Notes: generated by a model from the letters alone, not told the origin. Shown: positions 16,056 through 24,475, counted from the first letter of the stretch. The stretch: DNA of 64,000 bases from Minisyncoccota bacterium (GCA_041663025.1 JBAZRE010000003.1:2157-66156); one strand, 5' to 3'. Program-made: numbers and translations.

Positions 16056-17504
16056 TTAGGGTAAGAGAAGGAAGTTTTCAAATTGCCACGGATCAGGATT
16101 CGCCTTGCTCGCTGGATTTTCTTTAAAGTAGACAGTGCGATTTTTTAGCGGTGTCCAATCAGATGCGGTAGAAATAAAGTCTCCAAGATAGGGTTTGGCA
16201 ATAGTCAATACAAAATCATGCGGTAAATCATCGGGGAGGTTCACGCCCGCTCGTGGGTTATCAATCATCCAGAGCGCCGCCGCCACAATACTAATCGCCA
16301 CTTGCAGGGTGGTGGCATTTTGGCCTGGCGCAAGCACTCGTGCTTGATCGATAGAGAGAGCGCTCCCGGTCCACCAAGAGCCATAGGGGTGACCCATAAT
16401 GAGCGCCCCAAGAGTATCGGCACCTGAAGTAATTTCATCTCCCATAATCCGCAGTTTTGGCGGGAGCTCATAATTGCGGGCGCGCAATTCATAGAGTGAA
16501 GAGATAGTCTCGTGGCAGGGCATATAGGCATAGTGCACCGTCGGTCGGTATATCGCCTCTTCATTTTCCCAAACAGTCAGGCGGTCAGAAATGCCGAACG
16601 CCTCACCGTGGCGGATCACCATACCGACAATCTCCTGATCGGGTATCCACGATCTCACCAAGGTATTTATGCCCATTTGAGCCAAAGCAATTTGATTTTT
16701 AGGTCCATACGGAGGAACGTGTGCCAGAGCGGGGAGTGTTTGCTCATGAGTACCCCAACCCATCTCCGCCGGGGCAGTTCCTTCTTCGCGGAGTCCTTCA
16801 ATGCTCCAGGTACCTACAAATTCATCCACCTCCTTTGGTCGATTGGTGATTTGCGTATCTCGTTCGCTGCAATGAATAACTTTGACCCCTAATTTTTTAC
16901 TGAGCTCAGCGAAGTTCTTGTTATTTGCAAGAGCACGCAACTCACCTGCATCTTCAGGAGAAACTTTTTTGTCAGCAATCATACGCGCCGTGATATCCAA
17001 GAGGCCCTGTTTTACAAAATGAGAAATAAGACCCGGATTAGCGCCATGATCAACCACTGCGGTTGGCGCATTCTTCCATTCGCGTGAGAGCTCTTGCAAC
17101 TGCATCTGTCGCCAATACAAGGACTTCTCGAATGGGCTTTTGGTAAAGACCTCCCCCTTCGAGTCCCACACCTCAACTGAGGTGTTCATGTAGAGCACGC
17201 CATGGTCGTGACACCACTGGATAATGTCGTTGCACCCAATATTCCATGCCAAATCAATAAGTAGGCCGCCCTCGTCTACGTGTGCGGATAAAACCTGACC
17301 CAAATTTTCTGGGGTAATTTTTTCATGCACAAAATGCAATCCCTGGTCAGTATATTTTTTAAGAGCTGCTGATTTATCTTCAAAATCAAGAATGGTTACC
17401 TGAGCGGGCGGCACGTCGATTTTTTCCAACAGAATTGGAAGAGTGCATTGAGAGACCGAGCCATAGCCGATCACCAGAATCTTGTGAGCAAATTGCTTTT
17501 TCAT
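16056..17504 (-). CDS. hss: Saccharopine-dehydrogenase-family enzyme, probable homospermidine synthase (or carboxynorspermidine dehydrogenase)
   Basis: 482 aa. N-terminal Rossmann KILVIGYGSVSQ. Length and architecture fit bacterial homospermidine synthase. It is adjacent to and co-oriented with the decarboxylase. Confidence 0.6.
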   Translation of the reverse strand: MKKQFAHKILVIGYGSVSQCTLPILLEKIDVPPAQVTILDFEDKSAALKKYTDQGLHFVHEKITPENLGQVLSAHVDEGGLLIDLAWNIGCNDIIQWCHDHGVLYMNTSVEVWDSKGEVFTKSPFEKSLYWRQMQLQELSREWKNAPTAVVDHGANPGLISHFVKQGLLDITARMIADKKVSPEDAGELRALANNKNFAELSKKLGVKVIHCSERDTQITNRPKEVDEFVGTWSIEGLREEGTAPAEMGWGTHEQTLPALAHVPPYGPKNQIALAQMGINTLVRSWIPDQEIVGMVIRHGEAFGISDRLTVWENEEAIYRPTVHYAYMPCHETISSLYELRARNYELPPKLRIMGDEITSGADTLGALIMGHPYGSWWTGSALSIDQARVLAPGQNATTLQVAISIVAAALWMIDNPRAGVNLPDDLPHDFVLTIAKPYLGDFISTASDWTPLKNRTVYFKENPASKANPDPWQFENFLLLP

Positions 17505-17626
17505 TATTCATTTTATGTAACGCATTTTAAACCTCAGCGCAAGCAATCTCTACTAATAACTAGGGTGGAAATGATACGATTGTGCCAAACCTCTGGAATA
17601 TCTTGCCGAAGAAATAAAAACAAAAG

Positions 17627-17711
17627 CGGAGGAGGTGGGATTCGAACCCACGATGCCTTTCGACATGGCGGTTTTCAAGACCGCTGCACTAGACCACTAT
17701 GCGACTCCTCC
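17627..17711 (-). tRNA. tRNA-Ser (anticodon TGA)
   Basis: Reverse complement GGAGGAGTCGCATAGTGGTCTAGTGCAGCGGTCTTGAAAACCGCCATGTCGAAAGGCATCGTGGGTTCGAATCCCACCTCCTCCG. Long variable arm. Anticodon stem GCGGT/ACCGC with loop CTTGAAA. Confidence 0.8.
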
Positions 17712-17721
17712 AGAAACCTGT

Positions 17722-18003
17722 TTACTGCACCGGTGATGACGTGTGCACCGGAGCAGCTTCGTTCGACGGAGATGTGGCAGAAGATTTTGGACGATACCAG
17801 AGGAGATAAATAATCTCAAGGATGCCGAGAGTGTTGATGACGAGGAGGGCAATGAACCACCACTTCTGGCCGGCGCGTGCAGCATTCCAGAGAGAATAAC
17901 CTTTCAAAACAACAGTCCAGAGTACAACAACAAGGATAACAGGAACGAGGATAAGTGCCATCTGCGGTGTGAATGGGGAATAAAACGGTGTGAATGGTTG
18001 CAT
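17722..18003 (-). CDS. Small hypothetical membrane protein (2 TM)
   Basis: 93 aa. MALILVPVILVVVLWTVVL and WWFIALLVINTLGILEIIYLLW hydrophobic helices. No homology assigned. Confidence 0.35.
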   Translation of the reverse strand: MQPFTPFYSPFTPQMALILVPVILVVVLWTVVLKGYSLWNAARAGQKWWFIALLVINTLGILEIIYLLWYRPKSSATSPSNEAAPVHTSSPVQ

Positions 18004-18033
18004 ATACGTCGATTATACCACACACTCTGTATC

Positions 18034-18483
18034 ATGCGATACCTTGGAGTGGATTACGGGAGCAAGAAGATCGGGCTCGCTCTCTCAGATGAATCTGGCG
18101 CGATGGGCTTCCCGTACTCTATTGTGCCGAATACACCACGTCTTGTTGATGAGGTGTGTACGCTTATCGCCAGAGAACATGTCGGCGCGGTGGTTGTTGG
18201 GGATTCGCGGAATCTTGACGGCAGTGAGAACGTGATTGCGGAAGATGCGCGCGTGTTTGGCGAGCAGATTACGGCGCGTGCCGATCTGCCAGTTTTCTTT
18301 GAATCAGAAGTGTTTACGAGTGCTGAGGCGCGGCGTGCCCCAGAACCAGCCGGAGGCTGGTCCGCCCTCGGCGGAAAAGATAGAAAGTCACGTTCACCCA
18401 AACAGCACAGAGACGTGGACGCCTCGGCCGCCGCACTCATTCTTACTAGTTATCTCACGAGAAGCGCAAGGAGACACGAATAA
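18034..18483 (+). CDS. ruvX: Holliday junction resolvase-like RNase RuvX/YqgF
   Basis: Internal ATG of track ORF 17743..18483. MRYLGVDYGSKKIGLALSD...GAVVVGDSRNLDGSEN is the YqgF/RuvC-fold signature. Confidence 0.8.
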   Translation: MRYLGVDYGSKKIGLALSDESGAMGFPYSIVPNTPRLVDEVCTLIAREHVGAVVVGDSRNLDGSENVIAEDARVFGEQITARADLPVFFESEVFTSAEARRAPEPAGGWSALGGKDRKSRSPKQHRDVDASAAALILTSYLTRSARRHE

Positions 18484-18576
18484 GGTGACTCCTCGCGGAG
18501 AGAGGTGTCTCCTTGTTCGTGCTTGCTTTTGCAGGCGTAAGGTGTCACCTTACTTCGTAAGGAAACACCTTACGCT
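18484..18576. promoter_or_regulatory. Repeat element A: GGTG(A/T)C(A/T)CC half-site cluster and tandem palindromes GTAAGGTGTCACCTTAC and GTAAGG-N5-CCTTAC, immediately upstream of csaA
   Basis: 18484-18515 is the reverse complement (30/32) of 27221-27252. The palindromes end at the csaA start codon. Confidence 0.4.
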
Positions 18577-18915
18577 ATGGATAAACCAAAGATTTCAATT
18601 GAGGAATTCGGTAAGATAGAAGTGAAGATTGGCACCGTGCGCTCTGCTGAGCGCGTGCCAGATACCGACAAACTGCTTCGGCTCATGGTTGATTTTGGTG
18701 AGGAGAGCCCACGCCAGATTATTTCTGGCATTGCTGCTTACGTGTCAGAGCCCGAATCACTGGTTGGACGGCAACTTTCTTTTGTCACGAATCTTGAACC
18801 GCGTACGATACGTGGATTTGAATCAAACGGAATGCTTTTTGCGGTTGGAGAAGGTGAGTCATTTGCATTCGTGACGCCTGACAGAGAAGTCCCTCCGGGC
18901 ACCAGTGCACACTGA
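18577..18915 (+). CDS. csaA: tRNA-binding protein (CsaA/Trbp111/MetRS C-terminal EMAP-like domain)
   Basis: 112 aa. FGKIEVKIGTVRSAERVPDTDKLLRLMVDFGEESPRQIISGIA... matches the OB-fold tRNA-binding domain family. Confidence 0.75.
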   Translation: MDKPKISIEEFGKIEVKIGTVRSAERVPDTDKLLRLMVDFGEESPRQIISGIAAYVSEPESLVGRQLSFVTNLEPRTIRGFESNGMLFAVGEGESFAFVTPDREVPPGTSAH

Positions 18916-18963
18916 TGAGGTGAAACAGGCGCGACCGCTCCGCGGTCGCGCTATACTCTAGTT

Positions 18964-20058
18964 ATGTCTTCTGTTTTTAAGGAACGTCTTCATGCTGCCT
19001 TCGCACCACCACGCTATCTTGCACCTCCGCTCTCTGGCATAGATCTTTCTACGAGCGGGGTGAAGGCAGTGCGTCTTGTTGAAGGGATGCACGGCCTCAC
19101 GCTCGCGAATTATTCTGAAGTAAAGTTACCTCCTGGTGCATTCGCCGATGGCGAAATCGTTGATCGTGCTGCTGTCTCTAGCGCACTTGCCACTGCTGCA
19201 AAAACCGCCGGTATATCTGATGCCAATGTAGCATTGTCAGAATCAAAATCGTTCCTCTTTGAGGCCACCGTCAATGGTGTTGATAAACACGAGTGGCGTA
19301 TTGCGATTGAACAGCAACTTGACGAGCTTATACCGTTACCACCGCAGGAGACAGAGTTCGACATTGTTGAAGTCGGGCGAGGAGATAACGGAGTGTTCGT
19401 CGCTGGTGTCGGCTTTGCTCGCCGTATTATCAACGACACTCTTTCGGTCTTCGATAGTGTACACATTCAGACACATGTTCTTGAGGGGGAGACGTTTGCT
19501 ATGGCACGCGCTCTCCTACCTCATGAAGACTCTTCTACTGTGCTCATTATTGATATCGGCAAGACGACGACGAAGTTAGCCGTTGTTGAAGCGCGTGTAC
19601 CGCGTTTTGCCACAACAATCGGCATCGGCGGTCACGCGCTAACACTCGCTGTGCAGAAACACTTCGGGGTAACCGAAGCTGAGGCACGTAAGGTAAAAGC
19701 TGATCGTGGCATTGTCCCCGTACAAGGAAATGAAGATTATCTCGCTACTATGCTTTCGACGGTTTCTGCGATTCGTGACGAGATCTCAAGCCGACTCGAC
19801 TATTGGCAGAAAAAAGCTGCATTACAGGGAGCTCATGAACCAGTGTCACGCGCGATTCTTGTCGGTGGCAATGCTTCGGTACGGGGGCTTCCTGAATATC
19901 TTGAGGGGGCACTGCAAATCCCTGTCGTTATCGGAGACGTGTTCACAAATTTGGCTTCACGCGATACATGGATTCCTTCACTCGACTTCACCGAGGCGCT
20001 CGCGTATGCAACGTCGATAGGTCTTGCACTCCACGATCACACCACACGCCATGCATAG
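18964..20058 (+). CDS. pilM: Type IV pilus assembly protein PilM (actin-like ATPase)
   Basis: 364 aa. Actin/HSP70 fold motifs (GIDLSTSGVKAV, LIIDIGKTTTKL, VGGNASVRGL) and synteny with pilN/pilO. Confidence 0.8.
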   Translation: MSSVFKERLHAAFAPPRYLAPPLSGIDLSTSGVKAVRLVEGMHGLTLANYSEVKLPPGAFADGEIVDRAAVSSALATAAKTAGISDANVALSESKSFLFEATVNGVDKHEWRIAIEQQLDELIPLPPQETEFDIVEVGRGDNGVFVAGVGFARRIINDTLSVFDSVHIQTHVLEGETFAMARALLPHEDSSTVLIIDIGKTTTKLAVVEARVPRFATTIGIGGHALTLAVQKHFGVTEAEARKVKADRGIVPVQGNEDYLATMLSTVSAIRDEISSRLDYWQKKAALQGAHEPVSRAILVGGNASVRGLPEYLEGALQIPVVIGDVFTNLASRDTWIPSLDFTEALAYATSIGLALHDHTTRHA

Positions 20059-20605
20059 CGAACTCACCAACCTACTTCCTCTTGAGCGGCAGCAGCTACT
20101 TCGCCGCGAGTACTTCATGCGTCTCAGCGTTGTTTCTCTTTCGCTCATCGTCCTACTTACTCTCTCAGCAGCGGTACTACTCGTGCCGACATACGTATTT
20201 CTCACTGAGAGTGCTCGCGCGAAAGAAGTTCGACTTGCAAATATTGGATCCACCATTTCTTCTTCTGATGACGCAACACTTTCTAATCAACTCTCTTTAC
20301 TATCAAAAAATGCTGCTACCCTGACAACTCTCGCCGAAACACAATCAATAAGCGAAATTGTTCGTGCGGTGCTCGCCATATCACGCCCCGGAATCACTCT
20401 TTCTAGTTTCGCGTATTCGTCTGCTGCAGGTAAAAATCTGGGCACCTTGAAGATTTCTGGCAATGCCATGACGCGTGATGCATTGCGCAACTACCAACTT
20501 GCGCTCTCTGGGGCATCTTTTGCTCGTTCAGCTGATCTACCAGTTTCTGCATACGCCAAGGACAGTAATATTGCGTTTACTATCGCCATGACTCTCGCGC
20601 CATGA
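20024..20605 (+). CDS. pilN: Type IV pilus assembly protein PilN
   Basis: 193 aa. Short cytoplasmic N-terminus (LLPLERQQLLRREY), one TM helix, and a periplasmic domain. Start may be the downstream ATG at 20045. Confidence 0.65.
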   Translation: MHSTITPHAMHSELTNLLPLERQQLLRREYFMRLSVVSLSLIVLLTLSAAVLLVPTYVFLTESARAKEVRLANIGSTISSSDDATLSNQLSLLSKNAATLTTLAETQSISEIVRAVLAISRPGITLSSFAYSSAAGKNLGTLKISGNAMTRDALRNYQLALSGASFARSADLPVSAYAKDSNIAFTIAMTLAP

Positions 20606-21123
20606 AATCGCACGTTCTCAATCTCGTCATTGCACTTGCAGTAACCACTGCCGCTTTTGCATGTTATGGATTCTGGTATGCAGCCATTGTTGCCAAGAGC
20701 ACTGCAGTTGCGGACATACAAAATCAAATCGTTGCGAAGACCGCGACCGCGGATCGTGTTGCTTCTACACGAGCGACACTTTCTGAAATTGCCGGGGATG
20801 AGGCTATGATTCAAAGCCACTTTATTCCCGATACTGAAGTAGTCGCCTTCATTGACGGGCTTGAGACACAAGGGGAGAAACAAGGGACTACGGTAAGTGT
20901 TCGTTCTGTCTCCACAGGCACTGGGGCACAGCCAACCTTTCTACTCTCTCTTACTATCAACGGATCATTTGGTGCAGTGATGCGTACGATTGGTATCATT
21001 GAGTACGCTCCATACTATATTTCGATATCAGAACTTTCACTCTCGCAAGGTGATAAGAGCATATGGCAGGCCGATCTCAAACTTTTGGTCGGTTCGATAC
21101 ATGCCGCCACAAGTACCCCATGA
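20602..21123 (+). CDS. pilO: Type IV pilus assembly protein PilO
   Basis: 173 aa. N-terminal TM helix, coiled-coil and C-terminal ferredoxin-like region. ATGA overlap with pilN. Confidence 0.6.
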   Translation: MKSHVLNLVIALAVTTAAFACYGFWYAAIVAKSTAVADIQNQIVAKTATADRVASTRATLSEIAGDEAMIQSHFIPDTEVVAFIDGLETQGEKQGTTVSVRSVSTGTGAQPTFLLSLTINGSFGAVMRTIGIIEYAPYYISISELSLSQGDKSIWQADLKLLVGSIHAATSTP

Positions 21124-21425
21124 CTATTCTTGCAACCATCAATTCTTTTTTGAAGCATCTGCATCATCGACCGCTCGATCCGATACGCGATTGGATGGTC
21201 ATGCTCACACTGTCTGCAATAGCTCTTGTGAGCATCATTGTTTGGAACATATGGGCCTTCAACACCGTTGCGACAGGCGGTGTTATAGGCGTTACCGCAA
21301 CCAGTACATCACCTGTTTTCAACCAAACTGCGCTTGATACCATTCACACCATTTTTGATGAGCGTGCTAATGAGGAGATGAAATACGAAACAGGCACGTA
21401 TCGTTTCGTCGACCCTTCGCAATAA
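21120..21425 (+). CDS. Hypothetical membrane protein downstream of pilO (possible PilP-like component)
   Basis: Internal ATG overlapping the pilO stop (ATGA). MTILATINSFLKHL... with one TM helix (MVMLTLSAIALVSIIVWNIWAF). Confidence 0.4.
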   Translation: MTILATINSFLKHLHHRPLDPIRDWMVMLTLSAIALVSIIVWNIWAFNTVATGGVIGVTATSTSPVFNQTALDTIHTIFDERANEEMKYETGTYRFVDPSQ

Positions 21426-21536
21426 GCGTTGCTTGCACGCTTTCTCCCTGCGCTTGCCTCGGACGAATCAAATAAGAATTTGTTCGTCACTCGGCTCGCT
21501 TGGTAGTAACCCTAATATACGATAGTGTTAAGTTAC

Positions 21537-21608
21537 GCCCTGATAGTTCAATGGATAGAACACCGGACTTCTAAGCCGGTTATGTAGGTCCGATTCCTAC
21601 TCGGGGCA
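21537..21608 (+). tRNA. tRNA-Arg (anticodon TCT)
   Basis: GCCCTGATAGTTCAATGGATAGAACACCGGACTTCTAAGCCGGTTATGTAGGTCCGATTCCTACTCGGGGCA. D-stem GTTC/GAAC. Anticodon loop CTTCTAA. T-arm GTAGG/CCTAC. Confidence 0.8.
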
Positions 21609-21609
21609 C

Positions 21610-21691
21610 GGGCACGTGGCGGAACTGGTATACGCGTACGTCTCAGAAGCGTATGGGGCAACCCTTGAGAGTTCAAATCTCTCCGCGCCCA
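21610..21691 (+). tRNA. tRNA-Leu (anticodon CAG), class II with long variable arm
   Basis: GGGCACGTGGCGGAACTGGTATACGCGTACGTCTCAGAAGCGTATGGGGCAACCCTTGAGAGTTCAAATCTCTCCGCGCCCA. Anticodon stem TACGT/GCGTA with loop CTCAGAA. Variable arm GGG/CCC. One A-C mismatch in the acceptor. Confidence 0.7.
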
Positions 21692-21692
21692 C

Positions 21693-21765
21693 GGGCGATT
21701 AGCTCAGCTGGTAGAGCAACGAGTTTACACCTCGAAGGTCACAGGTTCGAGTCCTGTATCGCCCA
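21693..21765 (+). tRNA. tRNA-Val (anticodon TAC)
   Basis: GGGCGATTAGCTCAGCTGGTAGAGCAACGAGTTTACACCTCGAAGGTCACAGGTTCGAGTCCTGTATCGCCCA. Anticodon loop TTTACAC. Confidence 0.8.
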
Positions 21766-21771
21766 CAAAAT

Positions 21772-22452
21772 ATGAATCTCCCCATTCTCTATGAAGATAA
21801 TGATGTTGTTGCGGTCAACAAGCCCGCAGGACTGGTCACGCACTCTGATGGGAGGACAAAAGAAGAAACAGCAGAGGATTGGTTTAAAGAAAAATATATA
21901 GAAGTAAAATTAGAAAAGCCATACGTGCATCGACTGGATAGAGATACGTCGGGTGTCTTGGTGTTTGCAAAAAATGAAAAGGCGTACGACTTCTTGCGCA
22001 AAGCATTTCACGATAGGGAAGTGAAGAAGACGTATCTCGCGTTCGTGTATGGCGTGCCAAAAGAAAAGAAAGGAATAATAGATTTTGACATTGGTCGCTC
22101 ACGCAAAGACTTTCGTCTTCGAAGTGCACAGCCAAAAGCGAAAGGGCACCTGCGCGAGTCACTTACTCGCTATGAAGTGATTGGCGAAGCAGGTGAGTAT
22201 TCACTACTGAAAGTACAACCAGAAACAGGCAGGACGCATCAGATCCGTGTCCACCTGAAAGCGATTAATCATCCAATCATCGGCGACCGGCTCTACTCAC
22301 CAAAGCGAGAGCTGGCGCTAGGAATTACCAGATTAGGTCTCCATGCGCACATGATTGATTTGCCGCTGCCCTCGGGCGATCGTGTGCAAATAGAAGCTCC
22401 CATTCCACCAGATCTAGCACCAGCTTTTGCTCAATTTAAGAGGACGTGGTAG
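21772..22452 (+). CDS. RluA-family pseudouridine synthase
   Basis: 226 aa. VAVNKPAGLVTH and HRLDRDTSGVLVFAKN (catalytic Asp motif) are typical of RluA/RluD. Confidence 0.8.
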   Translation: MNLPILYEDNDVVAVNKPAGLVTHSDGRTKEETAEDWFKEKYIEVKLEKPYVHRLDRDTSGVLVFAKNEKAYDFLRKAFHDREVKKTYLAFVYGVPKEKKGIIDFDIGRSRKDFRLRSAQPKAKGHLRESLTRYEVIGEAGEYSLLKVQPETGRTHQIRVHLKAINHPIIGDRLYSPKRELALGITRLGLHAHMIDLPLPSGDRVQIEAPIPPDLAPAFAQFKRTW

Positions 22453-22464
22453 TGTGCGCAGCAC

Positions 22465-22980
22465 ATGGAGAAGGTTATAACGACAGTCAATGTAGAGGGA
22501 CGCGCGAAGCTCGGGCTTCGCGCGGGTGATACGGTACGTGTCACTCAGAACATCATTGAGCTCAAGAAGGGTCGCGGCACCGACAAGAAGGAGAAGACCA
22601 TCAAGAATGCTCGCAAGCAGGATTATGTTGGACTCGTTATGGCAGTGAAGCACGGCACAGAAGCGGGAGCATCATTCACCGTTCGTGCAGTTCTTTCGGG
22701 TGTTGGAGTTGAGAAGACCTTCCCACTTTACTCCCCGATGATCGACTCGATCGAGATCGTGAAGCGCTCGAAGGTGCGCCGCGCCAAGCTCTACTTCATC
22801 CGCGAGAAGGCAGCCAAGGCGGTGCGTCGCCAGCTCCGCAACGCGCGCATGCTCAACATGAAGAGTGATGAGGCAATGCCTTCTGTTGCAGAAGAGGTAG
22901 TTCCAGAAGCCGTTGAAGATGTTGCAGTAGCAGAAGCTGAAGTTCCGGTCGCTGAACAAACAGAAGAAGTCGCGGCATAA
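22465..22980 (+). CDS. rplS: 50S ribosomal protein L19 with acidic C-terminal extension
   Basis: 171 aa. ...TFPLYSPMIDSIEIVKRSKVRRAKLYFIR is the L19 signature. The C-terminus is an Ala/Glu/Val-rich tail. Confidence 0.85.
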   Translation: MEKVITTVNVEGRAKLGLRAGDTVRVTQNIIELKKGRGTDKKEKTIKNARKQDYVGLVMAVKHGTEAGASFTVRAVLSGVGVEKTFPLYSPMIDSIEIVKRSKVRRAKLYFIREKAAKAVRRQLRNARMLNMKSDEAMPSVAEEVVPEAVEDVAVAEAEVPVAEQTEEVAA

Positions 22981-22991
22981 ATTTACAGACA

Positions 22992-23025
22992 AAAAAATCG
23001 AGTTATCCACTCGATTTTTCTTTAT
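22992..23025 (+). terminator. Intrinsic terminator after rplS
   Basis: aaaaaaatcgagt tatcc actcgatttttc: 7 bp stem followed by T-run. Confidence 0.6.
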
Positions 23026-23055
23026 ATATTATTGGTATACGCTTATACTTGAGGT

Positions 23056-23766
23056 ATGGGGTTGCGTGGACCAAAGCCTAGGAGAAGGGAAGTAATCTGG
23101 TCGCCAGAATTGGCGTACGCGATCGGGCTTATTGCGACTGACGGTTGTCTCTCAAATGATGGTAGACATTTATTATTCGTTTCTAAAGATCTTGAGCAGA
23201 TTAAAAATCTTAAGAAAGCGCTCGGACTTAAAGTAAAAATTGGTATCCATCGAGCAGGTGCTAGAATGAAAAACCGGCTTTATCACAGAGTGCAGTGGGG
23301 CGATGTCGTTTTCTATAACTTTTTACTTGAAATAGGACTTACACAGAACAAGTCTAAAACAATTGGAGTACTCGCTATACCAGACAAATACTTTTTCGAC
23401 TTCTTGCGTGGCAGCTTCGATGGCGATGGCTCCTTTTACAGTTATTTTGACCCACGTTGGAAATCGAGCTTTATGTATTACGTCAGTATAACTTCTGCAA
23501 GTTCATTGCACATCGATTGGTTGAGAGAAACACTTCATCGTCTACTTAGTGTAGACGGGCACATATCAAAAATGGGAGAAAATAGAGAAGATCGGAATCC
23601 AATATTTAATCTAAGGTTTGCAAAAAGAGAATCACTGCTAGTTATGAACGCCATGTACTCCACTTCTTGCTTGATACACCTATCTCGCAAAAGATTGAAA
23701 ATAGCGCGCGCTTTGCGTATAGTAGGGGAGTCATTGCTTTCGCGTAGAAAGAAATTGACGAAGTAA
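23056..23766 (+). CDS. Double-motif LAGLIDADG homing endonuclease; stop codon 1 nt before tRNA-Leu
   Basis: 236 aa with two canonical motifs LAYAIGLIATDGCLS and FLRGSFDGDGSF separated by about 95 aa. Confidence 0.8.
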   Translation: MGLRGPKPRRREVIWSPELAYAIGLIATDGCLSNDGRHLLFVSKDLEQIKNLKKALGLKVKIGIHRAGARMKNRLYHRVQWGDVVFYNFLLEIGLTQNKSKTIGVLAIPDKYFFDFLRGSFDGDGSFYSYFDPRWKSSFMYYVSITSASSLHIDWLRETLHRLLSVDGHISKMGENREDRNPIFNLRFAKRESLLVMNAMYSTSCLIHLSRKRLKIARALRIVGESLLSRRKKLTK

Positions 23767-23767
23767 T

Positions 23768-23851
23768 GCCCAGGTGGCGCAATTGGTACCCGCGCAGCCT
23801 TGAGGTGGCTGTGGTCGCAAGACCGTGGAGGTTCAAGTCCTCTCCTGGGCA
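23768..23851 (+). tRNA. tRNA-Leu (anticodon GAG), class II
   Basis: GCCCAGGTGGCGCAATTGGTACCCGCGCAGCCTTGAGGTGGCTGTGGTCGCAAGACCGTGGAGGTTCAAGTCCTCTCCTGGGCA. Anticodon stem CAGCC/GGCTG with loop TTGAGGT. Variable arm GGTC/GACC. Confidence 0.8.
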
Positions 23852-23962
23852 CTAAAACTAAATCGTGTTGCAGAACTTGTGTTCCTGCGGCTGGTCTGGT
23901 ATGACAGACAAAAGAAAAGAAAGATGGAAAAGGTCTTTGTACTTCAACAAAGGAGGTGACGA

Positions 23963-24472
23963 ATGAGAGATTTTCAGGGTAGTGTAGATGAATCAGCAAT
24001 TGTTTTAGAGGGAGTCTTCCCAGAAAGTGATTTAATTGTTTCTTCACCGCTTGAATTTTCCAGTCCACGTTCCGGGGTTTATGTTGAAGGTAGCCTCGAG
24101 CATGTGGAAATTATTTTCAAGCAACTTTTCGGTCTTTTGAATGTGTACATTGACGAAAAGCTTTTTGGCCGCTGGATTGGAGTAACTCCGCCTGCGGAAG
24201 ATTCGGCTCGCACAATCCTGCACTATGAAGCTGTGGCCGACTTTGAAAAAGTGAGACTGTTAAATTTCGTTTTTCGGGAACAGTTGGCAAAGATCTGTAA
24301 CATGCACCTATCTACTATCGCAGTTCTTTTCATCAAATTTGAGGGTAAGGAACTTGATCGGCGATGGGTCGCTTTGCCGGAGGGATTCGTGAACGGCAGC
24401 ATTCGTTTGCCGAAGTTAAAAACGAAAAAACCAGAAACCAGTTCTTGTCCCGCAGGAGAAAGCCTGCAGTAA
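23963..24472 (+). CDS. Hypothetical protein
   Basis: 169 aa ORF with no recognisable motifs. Followed by a strong terminator. Confidence 0.35.
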   Translation: MRDFQGSVDESAIVLEGVFPESDLIVSSPLEFSSPRSGVYVEGSLEHVEIIFKQLFGLLNVYIDEKLFGRWIGVTPPAEDSARTILHYEAVADFEKVRLLNFVFREQLAKICNMHLSTIAVLFIKFEGKELDRRWVALPEGFVNGSIRLPKLKTKKPETSSCPAGESLQ

Positions 24473-24475
24473 AAA

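Noticed and set aside
23535-24068. 177 aa minus-strand ORF
   Set aside because: Overlaps the LAGLIDADG gene and tRNA-Leu on the opposite strand. No motifs. Spurious antisense frame.
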